A stretch of 64,000 nucleotides of DNA from Actinomycetota bacterium (GCA_014360655.1 JACIXC010000001.1:228715-292714); one strand, 5' to 3'. Numbered from the stretch's first letter, positions 17,624 through 27,422 are shown. A program made the numbers and translations. Notes: generated by a model not told the origin, from the sequence alone.

Positions 17624-19627
17624 TTGCTTAAGAAACTTCTTACCCCGCTGCGCATCAGGGATCTCGAGCTGCGCAACCGCATCGTGATGACCGCCATGCA
17701 CCTGAACTTCACGCCTGACGGCAGGGTGAACGACCGCATCGCGGCCTTCTACGAGGAACGGTCCAGGGGCGGAGCGGGCCTGATCATCGTGGGCGGTTGC
17801 ATCATCGACGACTACGCCGGCGCCTACTGGATGCTGGACATGCGCGACGACTCCTGCATCGAGGGCCACGCCATCCTCGCGGACGCCATCAAGAAGCACG
17901 GGGCGGCGGCGGCCTGCCAGCTCTACCACGCCGGGCGCTACTCGCATTCCGTTTCCATGGAAGGGAGGCAGGCGCTCGCTCCCAGCCCGGTGACCTCCCG
18001 CTTCACCAGGGAAGAGCCGCGGGGGATGACGCTGGAGGACATCAAGCGCACCGTGCAAGCTTACGCGGACGCGGCGCGGCGCGTGAAGGAAGCGGGTTAC
18101 GACATGGTGGAGGTGCTTGCCTGCACCGGCTACCTCATCTGCCAGTTCCTCTCGCCCATCACCAACCTGCGCGACGACGAGTACGGGGGCTCGTGGGAGA
18201 ACCGCATGCGCTTCGGGCTGGAGGTGGCAGACGCCGTGCGCGAGGCCGTGGGCCCCGCCTATCCCGTCTGCTTCCGCATCGCCGGGCACGACTACATGGA
18301 GGGCGGCAACACCAACCGCGAGTGGGCCCTCTTCGCCGCGGAACTGGAGAAACACGGCGTGGATCTCATCAACGTCACGGGCGGCTGGCACGAGACCAGG
18401 GTGCCCCAGCTCCCCATGTCCGTGCCCCGCGGCGGTCTCTCCTACCTGGCGGCGCACGTCAAGGAGAAGGTCACCGTCCCGGTGATCGCCTGTAACCGCA
18501 TCAACGACGTCTTCGTGGCCGACGAGATCCTGCGCATGGGGATGGCAGACCTGGTGGGCATGGCCCGCGCCCTCATCGCCGATCCCTACTTCCCCCAGAA
18601 GGCCATGGAGGAGAGGTACGAGGAGATCACCCACTGCATCGGCTGCAACCAGGGCTGTTTCGACCACGTCTTCTACCTGCAGCCCGTCACCTGTACGCTC
18701 AATCCGCGCGCCGGGCGCGAGCTGGAATACCGCGTGGAGAGGGCCCGCAAGCCCAAGAAGGTGGCCGTGGTGGGAGGGGGCCCCGCCGGAATGAAGGCGG
18801 CCCTCACCGCCGCCGAGCGCGGGCACCACGTCACCCTCTTCGAGAAGGGGGAGATGCTGGGAGGGCAGATGAACCTGGCGGCGGTACCTCCCGGTCGGGA
18901 GGAGTTCTGGACCGCGGTCGAGGACCTGGAGGCGCAGCTCGACAACGCGGGCGTGGAGTTGCGCCTGGAGACGGAGGCCGACGCCGCGACCCTGCGCGAG
19001 GAGGGTTTCGAGGCGGTGGTGGTGGCCACCGGTGCGCGCCAGGCCGTCCCGCCCATCCCCGGCATAGACCTGCCTCACGTGGCCATGGCCTGGGATATCC
19101 TGGAAGGCAAGGCGGACCCCGAGGGGAAGAACGTCGTGATCATCGGCGGCGGCGCGGTGGGATCGGAAACGGCTATGTACGTGGCCAGCATCGGCACCAT
19201 ATCTGGCGACACCCTCTTCTTCCTGTTCATGAACAACGGGGAGGACGTGGAAACCCTGCGCGAGCTGTGCGGCCGCGGCATAAAGCGGGTGACGGTGGTG
19301 GAGATGCTGGACAAGGTGTGCCGCGACGTGGGGCTTTCCACCCGCTGGACCATCCTGCAGGACATGCGCAACCTGGGCATCGACATACGCAGCACGGCGG
19401 TGGCGAAGCGCATCGAGAAGGACCGGGTCGTGGTGGAGGTGGACGGGAAAGAGGAGGAGATCCCCGCGGACACCGTGATCATCGCCGTGGGCTCCTGCCC
19501 GGCCGACGAGCTCTACCAGGAGCTCAAGGACAGCGGGATGGAGGTGTACGTGGTGGGCGACGCCAGGGAGGCGCGCAAGGCCATCGAGGCCATCCAGGAG
19601 GGATACGAGGCGGGCCTGCAGGTCTGA
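17624..19627 (+). CDS. fadH: 2,4-dienoyl-CoA reductase-like NAD(P)H:flavin oxidoreductase (OYE + 4Fe-4S + FAD)
   Basis: LRNRIVMTAMH, QLYHAGRY, NLRDDEYGGSWENRMRF, GWHETRVP, CIGCNQGCFDH...CTLNP and two GGG Rossmann motifs. TTG start 8 nt after AGGAG. Confidence 0.88.
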   Translation: MLKKLLTPLRIRDLELRNRIVMTAMHLNFTPDGRVNDRIAAFYEERSRGGAGLIIVGGCIIDDYAGAYWMLDMRDDSCIEGHAILADAIKKHGAAAACQLYHAGRYSHSVSMEGRQALAPSPVTSRFTREEPRGMTLEDIKRTVQAYADAARRVKEAGYDMVEVLACTGYLICQFLSPITNLRDDEYGGSWENRMRFGLEVADAVREAVGPAYPVCFRIAGHDYMEGGNTNREWALFAAELEKHGVDLINVTGGWHETRVPQLPMSVPRGGLSYLAAHVKEKVTVPVIACNRINDVFVADEILRMGMADLVGMARALIADPYFPQKAMEERYEEITHCIGCNQGCFDHVFYLQPVTCTLNPRAGRELEYRVERARKPKKVAVVGGGPAGMKAALTAAERGHHVTLFEKGEMLGGQMNLAAVPPGREEFWTAVEDLEAQLDNAGVELRLETEADAATLREEGFEAVVVATGARQAVPPIPGIDLPHVAMAWDILEGKADPEGKNVVIIGGGAVGSETAMYVASIGTISGDTLFFLFMNNGEDVETLRELCGRGIKRVTVVEMLDKVCRDVGLSTRWTILQDMRNLGIDIRSTAVAKRIEKDRVVVEVDGKEEEIPADTVIIAVGSCPADELYQELKDSGMEVYVVGDAREARKAIEAIQEGYEAGLQV

Positions 19628-19647
19628 CCGGCGCGGGCCCGCTGGCT

Positions 19648-19710
19648 TATTTTCCCCGGGGATTTTTTCCCTGGGGATGTTTTTCCCCGGGGATTTTTTT
19701 CCAACGGGAT
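19648..19710. repeat. About 4 imperfect tandem copies of a ~15-bp unit containing the palindrome TCCCCGGGGA
   Basis: attttccccgggg / attttttccctgggg / atgtttttccccgggg / atttttttccaacggg, directly after the fadH stop. Confidence 0.75.
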
Positions 19711-19891
19711 ATGGAAGTACGTTCGCGAAGGATGGTTGCCCTGCCCTTCCGGCCCCTACCCCCTCTCTCCCGGCCCGGGGCCCGGGGCGGCTGTTTCGCC
19801 CGGCGGTCCATTGCGCGGGCCGCGGCCCGGGGAACGAGCGCCGTAGACCGTTTCCCGCAAGCGTGCGGGCTCCGCTGTGGATATGCCCCGG

Positions 19892-20602
19892 CTAGCCCTG
19901 GTCGCGCGGGGGCGTGTACCGGTACCGGTGGAGGGTTTCGCGCGCCAGGCTCACCAGCTCGCTGATCATGGCGTCCATCTGGAACCCGTGCTTGACCACC
20001 TGCTCCAGCATGTCCTTCTGGCGCTCGTTGAGCTCGCCCACCTTTTCCCTCCCCACCGTGCTGGCATAGGATATCATCACCGTGAGGGGGGTTCGCAGGT
20101 CGTGGGACATGGTTGACCGCACCTTCTCCAGGGTCTGCAGCACCTCGAGCACATCCCCTGCCGGTCCCTCCCGCGCGGCCCGCTCTTCCGCGCGCGCGCC
20201 GGCCACCGCGTCCGCGTCGCCCCCCTCCTCCTTGCCGTGTTTCATGAACTCGCGCACCGCGCTGGCGAAGGTGTCCACGTCCACGGGCTTCTGGATGTAG
20301 CCGTCGAACTTCCTGATGACCTCATCCCTCTCCTCCTCCTTGAGGGAGGCGCTCAAAGCCACGATGGGCACCTGGCCCATGCCCTCCACCTCCCTCAGGC
20401 TGTCCGCGACCGCACAACCGTCAGCCTCCGGGAAGTGCAGGTCGAGGAGGACGAGCTGGGGGGCCTTCTCGCGCGCCAAGGCGATGCCATCACCGGGTTT
20501 CTCCGCGGTGAGGACATCGAAACCCTCGGACTCGAGGAGTTGTTTCACTATCCTGCGCTCCACACCGCTGTCTTCGATGTAGAGGACTACCGGCCTGACC
20601 AC
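19892..20602 (-). CDS. Response regulator receiver fused to a HisKA (DHp) domain, with no ATPase domain
   Basis: REC motifs VLYIED, LVLLDL, ALSAS and YIQKP, then H-box SHDLRTPLTVMISYA. The protein ends about 60 aa later. Confidence 0.88.
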   Translation of the reverse strand: MVRPVVLYIEDSGVERRIVKQLLESEGFDVLTAEKPGDGIALAREKAPQLVLLDLHFPEADGCAVADSLREVEGMGQVPIVALSASLKEEERDEVIRKFDGYIQKPVDVDTFASAVREFMKHGKEEGGDADAVAGARAEERAAREGPAGDVLEVLQTLEKVRSTMSHDLRTPLTVMISYASTVGREKVGELNERQKDMLEQVVKHGFQMDAMISELVSLARETLHRYRYTPPRDQG

Positions 20603-20641
20603 GTCCCTCCTTTCCGTCGCTCATATATAATCGGAACGTGA

Positions 20642-20705
20642 TCCCGTCTTCATTAGGGATAAAAATGGTCCCGTCTACATCAGGGATAAAACCGTTGGGG
20701 ATAAA
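20642..20705. repeat. 23-bp direct repeat (27-bp period) plus a third GGGATAAA core in a divergent promoter region
   Basis: tcccgtcttcattagggataaaa (20642) and tcccgtctacatcagggataaaa (20669), then gggataaa at 20698. Confidence 0.7.
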
Positions 20706-20906
20706 CGGCCGCATTCCACGGCCTTCATTTTCCCGCCACGCGGTATTGCATTATAATTCCCCTGGACGCGCCCGGCGCGGGCGCGCGCATGCCGGGCCCG
20801 GAGTGGGCGGCTGCGGCGTCTGCCGGCGAAGGCGGCTGGCGCGAGGGGCGGCACGGGCGCGCGGGATGAAGAGGACGCAGAAAGCGAGAAAGGGACGGGA
20901 AAAGGG

Positions 20907-21545
20907 GTGTCGCACTTGCAGGTCGTGAGCTTCGAGGATTATTCCTTCGGCAGCAACACCTACCTGGCGGTTAACGAGGAGAGCTCCCAGGCGGTGCTCA
21001 TCGACGCCGGGGTTTCCGCATCCAAGGTGCTCGACTACCTGGAGGAGAACGGGCTGCAACTGGTCGCGGTGCTGCTCACCCACGGCCATCCCGACCATCT
21101 CCTGGGCCTGAAGGAAGTTGTCGACGCCACGGGCGCACCGGCCTACATGCACCCATCCGACGCGGCCATGGCGCGCGCCATACCGCCGCTCTTCCTGAAC
21201 ATGCTGGGCCTGGACGGGCTGCCCCTCCCCGATGACTTTCTCCCGCTGCAGGACGGCCAGGAGCTGGAACTCGGCGGCATGCGCTTCAAGGTGCTGCATA
21301 CCCCCGGCCACTCGGAGGGAAGCGTGTGCTTCCTCGCGGACGGCATCCTCTTCGCGGGAGACCTCGTCTTCCGCGGTTCCATCGGTCGCACCGACTTTCC
21401 CGGTGGCTCCCTGAAGACGTTGCTGCGCTCGGTGAAGGAGAAGGTGTTCACCCTCCCGGGTGACACGCGCATCCTCCCCGGGCACATGGAGGCCACGGTG
21501 GTCGGATGGGAGAAGCGCACCAATCCCTTCCTCATCGGTATCTGA
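20907..21545 (+). CDS. MBL-fold metallo-hydrolase (glyoxalase II-like)
   Basis: THGHPDH, HTPGHSEGS, GDLVFRGSIGRTDFPGGS, PGH and EKRTNPFL. An alternative TTG start lies at 20916. Confidence 0.93.
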   Translation: MSHLQVVSFEDYSFGSNTYLAVNEESSQAVLIDAGVSASKVLDYLEENGLQLVAVLLTHGHPDHLLGLKEVVDATGAPAYMHPSDAAMARAIPPLFLNMLGLDGLPLPDDFLPLQDGQELELGGMRFKVLHTPGHSEGSVCFLADGILFAGDLVFRGSIGRTDFPGGSLKTLLRSVKEKVFTLPGDTRILPGHMEATVVGWEKRTNPFLIGI

Positions 21546-21745
21546 AGAGCCCGCAGGCGCTCGAAAGCCCTCCGCGATCCACGTCGCCATGAGCGCGCCA
21601 TCGCCGTCTTCCGGAACGGGTGAAAAGGATATTCCCCCGCCGGCGTATAAGTAACTTGAGGCACGGACCGGGGTGCGTGCGTCGGGTAAGCCAAGGTGAT
21701 GAAGCCGAGGTGATGGCGATGAGCCCGCAGAGGGAAGAGAAGGCG

Positions 21746-22747
21746 ATGCAGCGGAGGGTGGTGGTCTCACTCACCCTCCTCGTGACGCTGCTCGCCCTGG
21801 CCCCCATCGGCTACATGGTCATCGAGGACATGTCCTACAACGAGGCCCTCTACATGACGGTGATAACCGTTTTCACGGTGGGGTTCAGGGAGGTGCGTCC
21901 CCTCTCCACGGCGGGCATGTATTTCACCATCTTCGTCATATTCACGGGGGTCATCAACCTCTTCTTCATCATCTCCAGCCTTATCAGGTATACCTTCGGG
22001 GAGGCCCTGAGGGAGACTTTCGGGAGGAGAAGAATGGACCTTCGCATCAGGAAGCTGCGCGATCACTACGTCGTCTGCGGTTTTGGGAGGGTGGGAGAAG
22101 TGGTGTGCGAGACCCTGGCGGAAGCGGGCGTCGAGTTCGTGATCATCGAGAAAGACCCTGCCCGCATCGTGGAAGCCACGGACCGGGGTTATCTCTACCT
22201 GGAGGGTGACGCCACGGACACGGAGATCCTCGTCTCCGCCGGGGTACGAGAGGCGCGGGGGGTGGTCTGCGCCCTGGAGAACGACGCCGACAACCTCTTC
22301 ACCACCCTCTCCGCGCGCACCCTCAACAAGGACACCGTCATCGTCACCAGGTGCGTGAGCCAGGACTCCGTGGACAAGCTGCGCTACGCGGGAGCGGACC
22401 AGGTCATCTCCCCCTACATCCTGAGCGGGAAGCGCATGGCCACCTTTCTCCTGCGCCCGGGCGTGTACGACTACCTCGACCTGGTGGCGCACGGCGTCTC
22501 CCTGGAATACCGACTGGAGGAGCTGCTCGTGCACGAAGGCTCGGCCCTGGCCGGAAAGACCATCGGCGAGATGGATGTGAAGGCACGCACGGGGGCCATG
22601 ATCATCGCGGTGCGCAGGGCGAGCGACGGTGGGTTCAACACCAACCCCGACAAGGACACCCGCATCGACGCCGGCGACCTCCTCATCGCCCTGGGGAAGG
22701 AGGAGGACCTCGCCGGCCTGGAGAAGATCAGCGGCATCAAGCCCTAA
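21746..22747 (+). CDS. Potassium channel protein with TrkA-N and TrkA-C (RCK) domains
   Basis: Two TMs with pore loop TVFTVGFREV, Rossmann motif HYVVCGFGRVG, GDATD and a TrkA-C domain. The start codon is approximate. Confidence 0.92.
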   Translation: MQRRVVVSLTLLVTLLALAPIGYMVIEDMSYNEALYMTVITVFTVGFREVRPLSTAGMYFTIFVIFTGVINLFFIISSLIRYTFGEALRETFGRRRMDLRIRKLRDHYVVCGFGRVGEVVCETLAEAGVEFVIIEKDPARIVEATDRGYLYLEGDATDTEILVSAGVREARGVVCALENDADNLFTTLSARTLNKDTVIVTRCVSQDSVDKLRYAGADQVISPYILSGKRMATFLLRPGVYDYLDLVAHGVSLEYRLEELLVHEGSALAGKTIGEMDVKARTGAMIIAVRRASDGGFNTNPDKDTRIDAGDLLIALGKEEDLAGLEKISGIKP

Positions 22748-23010
22748 CACCTTGGGCCCACGACTCACTTCGTCCCTCACCGGGGCACAAGGGTAAGGCA
22801 CGAGGGTCGCACGCACGGGGGTCGGGGCTCGCTTTGCGCCCTTTGAAAGGCCTTTCTAAGGTATCCGCGCCCGCCAAGGCAATCTCCGGAATCCCTGATC
22901 CTCCCGCCTCCGGTTGAGATCGCCGCGTCGGCGCTCCGCGCTTCCTCGCAATGACGTTATTCGTTATGCCTCCGGGCCATGACGTGGTCGGCGGGCTATC
23001 CCGTTTTCCC

Positions 23011-23067
23011 CAGGCATGGACGGTACCTGACCCCGTTGGCGTTCAGACATGGACTGGATCTGACCCC
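23011..23067. repeat. Imperfect 24-bp direct repeat ending in CTGACCCC (33-bp period)
   Basis: caggcatggacggtacctgacccc versus cagacatggactggatctgacccc, 20 of 24 identical. Confidence 0.65.
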
Positions 23068-23084
23068 ATCGGTGGTGCCCGGCG

Positions 23085-24323
23085 TCAGGAGCCGTCCGCG
23101 GCCGCGGTGAAGACCAGCTCCAGGTCGTCGACATAGAGCGCTCCCCCGCCCTCGAGGTTGACGCGCACGAACAGGCTGGCCGTCTCTCCGTCCAGGGGGA
23201 TGGCGAGCTCGAAGGGACTCCAGCCGCCGCTCCCCCTCCCCAACTCCGCGGCGACATGGCCCTGGAGCCCCGTCGCCCGCATGGCGAACGCCTCCACCCA
23301 TGCCCTGCCCGTCACGGATTCCCCGCGCAGCATCCCCTTCAGGCGCAGGGTACCCTTCTCGCCGTGCAGGCCGCACACCGACTGGGAAAAAGCGGTAACC
23401 GCGCCCGGGCCGCTTCCCGGCGCGTTGGCGATGCGCAGGGCGTTTCCCCTCCCGGGAGCGGCAGGAACGAGGGCGTAAAGGGGAGGTCCGGCAAACCCGC
23501 TGACGTGGCAGTGCCAGTGGCGGACTCCCTCCTCGAAGGAGGGGTTGCGCAGGAGGTTCACGCCGGGCGAGGGGAAGGTCTCCCTCTCCTCCATCACCAG
23601 CGAGAGTTCGTCGAACCAGGCGCGCCCCGTGCCGTACATGCCGCATTCCAGCCAGACCCCCCTGGCCTCCGGCGGCACGTGGCAGCGCAGCTCGACCGGG
23701 GCCCAGTCGCGGTCGCCTTCCAGGTCATCGCTGTGGGCGATGACCAGGGTCTCCATCTCGCCTCCCTCCTGCGCCGCACCGCGGACGATGATCCCCAGGT
23801 ACGCTTCGCCCTTCAGCCCCTCCGTCTTTATGTATCCCCTGAAAACGACGTCGTGGTCGAGGGGGAGCACGCCCAGGAGCATCACCCATCCCGCGTCCAC
23901 GAAGGGACTTTCCCGGGAGCTGACCGCGGCACTGGCGAACCCTCTATAGGAACGGTTCTCGTCCCGGTACACCAGTGCGCCCCCCTCCTCGCCCTTTTTC
24001 TGCCAACCGTAGGCCTCGCTCAGCGTGCCCACCTCGAAGCTGTAGTTCTCGATGAGGTTGCTGCCCAGCGGGATGCTGGAGGCCGGGTGCCCTTCTTCAT
24101 GGTGGACGTGCTCCTCCTCAGCGTGCTCCTCCTCCGCGTGCTCGTGCTCCTCGTGCTCGTGCTCCTCCTCCACGTGGGCGTGGGAGTGGGCGTGCTTGGA
24201 GCTCAAACCGACCACCACCTCCCTGCGCACCAGGTACTGCACGGGCACGGAGATCGCCAGCGCGGCGACGATAACGGCGATGAGGAGGATATCCCGTTTT
24301 CCGATCCTCTTTCCCGGGCGCAT
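23085..24323 (-). CDS. Membrane-anchored protein with a His/Glu-rich linker and two CBM4/9-like domains
   Basis: N-terminal TM, then HAHSHAHVEEEHEHEEHEH.... Two domains start NLIENYSFE and NLLRNPSFEEG and end WFDELSL and YVDDLEL. SD GGGAG. Confidence 0.8.
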   Translation of the reverse strand: MRPGKRIGKRDILLIAVIVAALAISVPVQYLVRREVVVGLSSKHAHSHAHVEEEHEHEEHEHAEEEHAEEEHVHHEEGHPASSIPLGSNLIENYSFEVGTLSEAYGWQKKGEEGGALVYRDENRSYRGFASAAVSSRESPFVDAGWVMLLGVLPLDHDVVFRGYIKTEGLKGEAYLGIIVRGAAQEGGEMETLVIAHSDDLEGDRDWAPVELRCHVPPEARGVWLECGMYGTGRAWFDELSLVMEERETFPSPGVNLLRNPSFEEGVRHWHCHVSGFAGPPLYALVPAAPGRGNALRIANAPGSGPGAVTAFSQSVCGLHGEKGTLRLKGMLRGESVTGRAWVEAFAMRATGLQGHVAAELGRGSGGWSPFELAIPLDGETASLFVRVNLEGGGALYVDDLELVFTAAADGS

Positions 24324-24666
24324 ACGCACTCCCTTTCCCTTCCGCAGGGACCACCGCCTCCGGGCGCCACCTGCCGGCCCGTCGCGGCCTTCACCTCCGG
24401 CATCCGTGTTCCGCCATACACGAGCTGCACGGCGTTCCTGCAACAACGGGCCGGAACAAGCCCCCATAACAGGACTCCCATGCCAATACTGCCGGTATGA
24501 TAAATCGGCGTCAACGCCGTGCGGCTTCACACGTCGGGCATCCTCACGCGTTGGAGGGACCCGCCCGCGGGGTCTTTCTCCGCCGAGAACCACCGCCGGC
24601 TCCGGGCACGCTGTGGGAGGGCAATGCCCGCCTACTCGCATGATTACCACAGGAACGGTATAAATC

Positions 24667-24680
24667 TATTAATATTAATA
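24667..24680. promoter_or_regulatory. Perfect 14-bp palindrome TATTAATATTAATA
   Basis: AT-only palindrome in the divergent intergenic region between the His-rich protein gene and apgM. Confidence 0.45.
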
Positions 24681-24907
24681 CATCTCCCGCGCATCCCGCG
24701 GCGGGGAAGCGGGCTGCGCGCCGTGGGGGCGGATGACACGAAACGAAGGTGATCCGCGAAACGGGTGGGATGGTTTGATGTGACGGCAAGGTATGGCGCA
24801 TGTCGGGGTAAGGCTTGACCGAGCGGGGGCAGGACTTGATGGGATGGGGCGTGATGGGTGATGAAGGTATCGGCGCCTGAAATCGAGGCGGGTTGAGGAG
24901 GTTTCAC

Positions 24908-26119
24908 TTGAAAGAGGTCGCTTTCCTGTCAAGCCTGGTCACGGGCTCGCGCTCCAAGATGGTGCTCCTGGTGTTGGACGGCCTGGGTGGCCTTCCGCAC
25001 CCGGACACCGGCCTCACGGAGTTGGAGACGGCGAGGACCCCCAACCTGGACGCCCTGGCCAGGGAATCCATATGCGGGCTCATCCACGCCATCGGTCCGG
25101 GCATCACCCCGGGAAGCGGTCCCGCCCACATGGCCCTCTTCGGGTACGACCCGGTGCGCTACGAGGTGGGGAGGGGAGTGCTCTCCGCCCTGGGGGTGGG
25201 CATGGACCTCGGTCCCGATGACCTGGCGGCGCGGGTCAACTTCTGCACCGTGCAGGACGGGGTGATCGTCGACCGCCGGGCCGGCCGCATCTCCACCGAG
25301 GAGAACGCGCGCCTCTGCGAGAAGCTCTCGGGCATAAGGCTGGAGGGCGTCGAGGTCGAGATACGCCCGGAAAAGGAGCACCGCGCCGCCCTGGTCTTCC
25401 GCGGCGAGGGGCTCTCGGAGCGCGTCTCCGACACGGACCCCCAGCGGACAGGACTCGCCCCCCTACGCTGCGAGCCCCTGCCGGGAGGCGGCGCGGCGGC
25501 GGAGCGCACGGCGGCCCTGGTGAACGAATACCTGGAAAAAGTTTCCATGATACTCGCGGACGAGCATCCCGCCAACATGATCGTCACGCGCGGCTTCGCC
25601 AAGAAGCCGGACATCCCGCCGATGACGGACCTCTACGGGCTGCGGGCGGGGGCCGTGGCCACCTACCCCATGTACCGCGCGGTGGCCCGCCTGGTGGGCA
25701 TGGAGCTCGTCGCAAGCGGCCCCTCCTTCTCCGAGCAGGTGGAAGCCATGGCCGGGGCCTGGGAGGAATACGACTACTTTTTCGTCCACTACAAGTACAC
25801 GGACAGCCGCGGCGAGGACGGCGACTTCGCGGCCAAGGTTGCCTGCATCGAGGAGGTGGACGAGGCGGTCCCCCGCATCGTGGAGCTGGATCCCGACGTC
25901 CTGGTGGTCACCGGCGACCACTCCACCCCCGCCCTGCTCAAGGGGCACAGCTGGCACCCCTCCCCCCTCCTGCTGCGCTCCCGCTGGGAGAGGCGGGACG
26001 AAGTGGGTTCCTTCGGCGAGAGCGCCTGTGCCGCGGGAGGCCTGGGAACGTTTTACGCGGTGGACCTCCTTCCCCTCATGCTCGCCAACGCGCAGCGCCT
26101 CAACAAGTTCGGAGCCTGA
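24908..26119 (+). CDS. apgM: 2,3-bisphosphoglycerate-independent phosphoglycerate mutase, archaeal type
   Basis: VLDGLGG, LETARTPNLD, PGSGPAHMALFGYDP, DRRAGRI, TGDHSTP and HSWHP. TTG start after GAGGAGG. Confidence 0.95.
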   Translation: MKEVAFLSSLVTGSRSKMVLLVLDGLGGLPHPDTGLTELETARTPNLDALARESICGLIHAIGPGITPGSGPAHMALFGYDPVRYEVGRGVLSALGVGMDLGPDDLAARVNFCTVQDGVIVDRRAGRISTEENARLCEKLSGIRLEGVEVEIRPEKEHRAALVFRGEGLSERVSDTDPQRTGLAPLRCEPLPGGGAAAERTAALVNEYLEKVSMILADEHPANMIVTRGFAKKPDIPPMTDLYGLRAGAVATYPMYRAVARLVGMELVASGPSFSEQVEAMAGAWEEYDYFFVHYKYTDSRGEDGDFAAKVACIEEVDEAVPRIVELDPDVLVVTGDHSTPALLKGHSWHPSPLLLRSRWERRDEVGSFGESACAAGGLGTFYAVDLLPLMLANAQRLNKFGA

Positions 26120-26243
26120 AGGGGACGGAGAATGGGGCACGACATCCCGGCACGCGGTCGAACCGGCGCCGCGACGCGGCCTCACCGGGCCCGTGCAAAC
26201 GTTTTTTCCGCACGGCGGCTCGTGGGGTGAGGAGGGGCGGGCC

Positions 26244-27422
26244 TTGCAGGTCACCGGGGGAAAGAAGAAGGATTTCGCCTCCGCGCGCCTGCGGGGAGTG
26301 CCCGGTGTCGTGTTGGTGTTTCTTACCTGGGTCATATTCCTCCTTTCCTTTTCCTTTTTCACGTATGTCCTCGCGCAGGCCTATAAGCTGGGCCCGGGCC
26401 ACATCAGCGCAGGGGAGTTCTTCCGCAGCCTCATCCGCTACGACGCCGCCTACTACCTCGATATCGCCCGCCACGGTTACGCGGCGAGCCTTCCCCTCGG
26501 CGGCCGGGAGATCTACGTATCTACGGCCTTCTGGCCCCTGTATCCCCTGCTGATAAGGACCTTCGCGACTCTTACGGCCGGGAATCACATCGCCGCCTCC
26601 CTGGCGGCCGCGTGGCTTTCCCTGCTCCTTGCGCTTGTCTACCTCTACAAGCTGGCCCGGCTCTCGTCGGACGACGAGACGTCCCTCCGCTCCTGCCTTT
26701 TCGCCCTGCTCTTCCCGACCGCGTGTTTCCTTTTCTTCCCTTACGCCGAGCCGGTCTTCCTCCTCTGCGCCGTCGCGTCCCTTTACCATGCCCGTCGCTC
26801 CTCGTGGATACTCTCCGGCATGTGGGGGTTCCTCGCCTGCCTGGCGCGCCCTGTAGGCCTGGCCGTATGCGTGGCCCTGGTGGTGGAGGCGTTGCAACAG
26901 TCGGGCTGGAAGCCCGCCCGCCTGCGGCCGCGCATGGCGGCCGTACTGGTGGCGCCCCTGGGCCTGGTCTCGTACCTGGTCTATCTCAGGTGGCGGTTCG
27001 GCGACTTCTTCTATTTCGCCACGGCGCACCGCGAGGGATGGCGAACGGGGTTCAACCCCTGGAGCCTCTTTTCCGCGGTGAAGCACCTTTTCGCGCCCGA
27101 GAGGCTCTCGGAATTCGTGCGCTATGCGTACCTCCTCTTCTTCTTCCTGCTCTTCGCCGTGCTCCTCGTGCCCGCCTTCAGGAAGCTGCGCCTCTCCCTG
27201 GCCGTCTACGGGACTCTCTGCCTGCTCATATCCGCGTTCTTCACTTCCAGCGACCTTCCCCTGCAGAGCATGAACCGCCACGTCATCGTCATCTTCCCGG
27301 CCTTCCTCATCCTGGGCTCGTGGGGAGGGAACCGCGACTTCGAGCGTTTCTATATCTTCGCCGGGACCTTGGGTCTGGCCACCTTCACCGCCGTCTACCT
27401 CCTGAATTTCTTCTCGGGGTAA
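26244..27422 (+). CDS. GT-C mannosyltransferase family protein (PIG-V / Mannosyl_trans2-like)
   Basis: RYDAAYYLDIARHGY, AFWPLYPLL, FPTACFLFFPYAEPVFL, LARPVG and SMNRHVIVIFPAF. Polytopic membrane protein. TTG start 8 nt after GAGGAGG. Confidence 0.88.
   Translation: MQVTGGKKKDFASARLRGVPGVVLVFLTWVIFLLSFSFFTYVLAQAYKLGPGHISAGEFFRSLIRYDAAYYLDIARHGYAASLPLGGREIYVSTAFWPLYPLLIRTFATLTAGNHIAASLAAAWLSLLLALVYLYKLARLSSDDETSLRSCLFALLFPTACFLFFPYAEPVFLLCAVASLYHARRSSWILSGMWGFLACLARPVGLAVCVALVVEALQQSGWKPARLRPRMAAVLVAPLGLVSYLVYLRWRFGDFFYFATAHREGWRTGFNPWSLFSAVKHLFAPERLSEFVRYAYLLFFFLLFAVLLVPAFRKLRLSLAVYGTLCLLISAFFTSSDLPLQSMNRHVIVIFPAFLILGSWGGNRDFERFYIFAGTLGLATFTAVYLLNFFSG

Noticed and set aside
21870..21895. Non-canonical K+ filter TVGFRE as a novelty
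   Set aside because: TVG[FY]xE variants are common in this TrkA-domain channel family.
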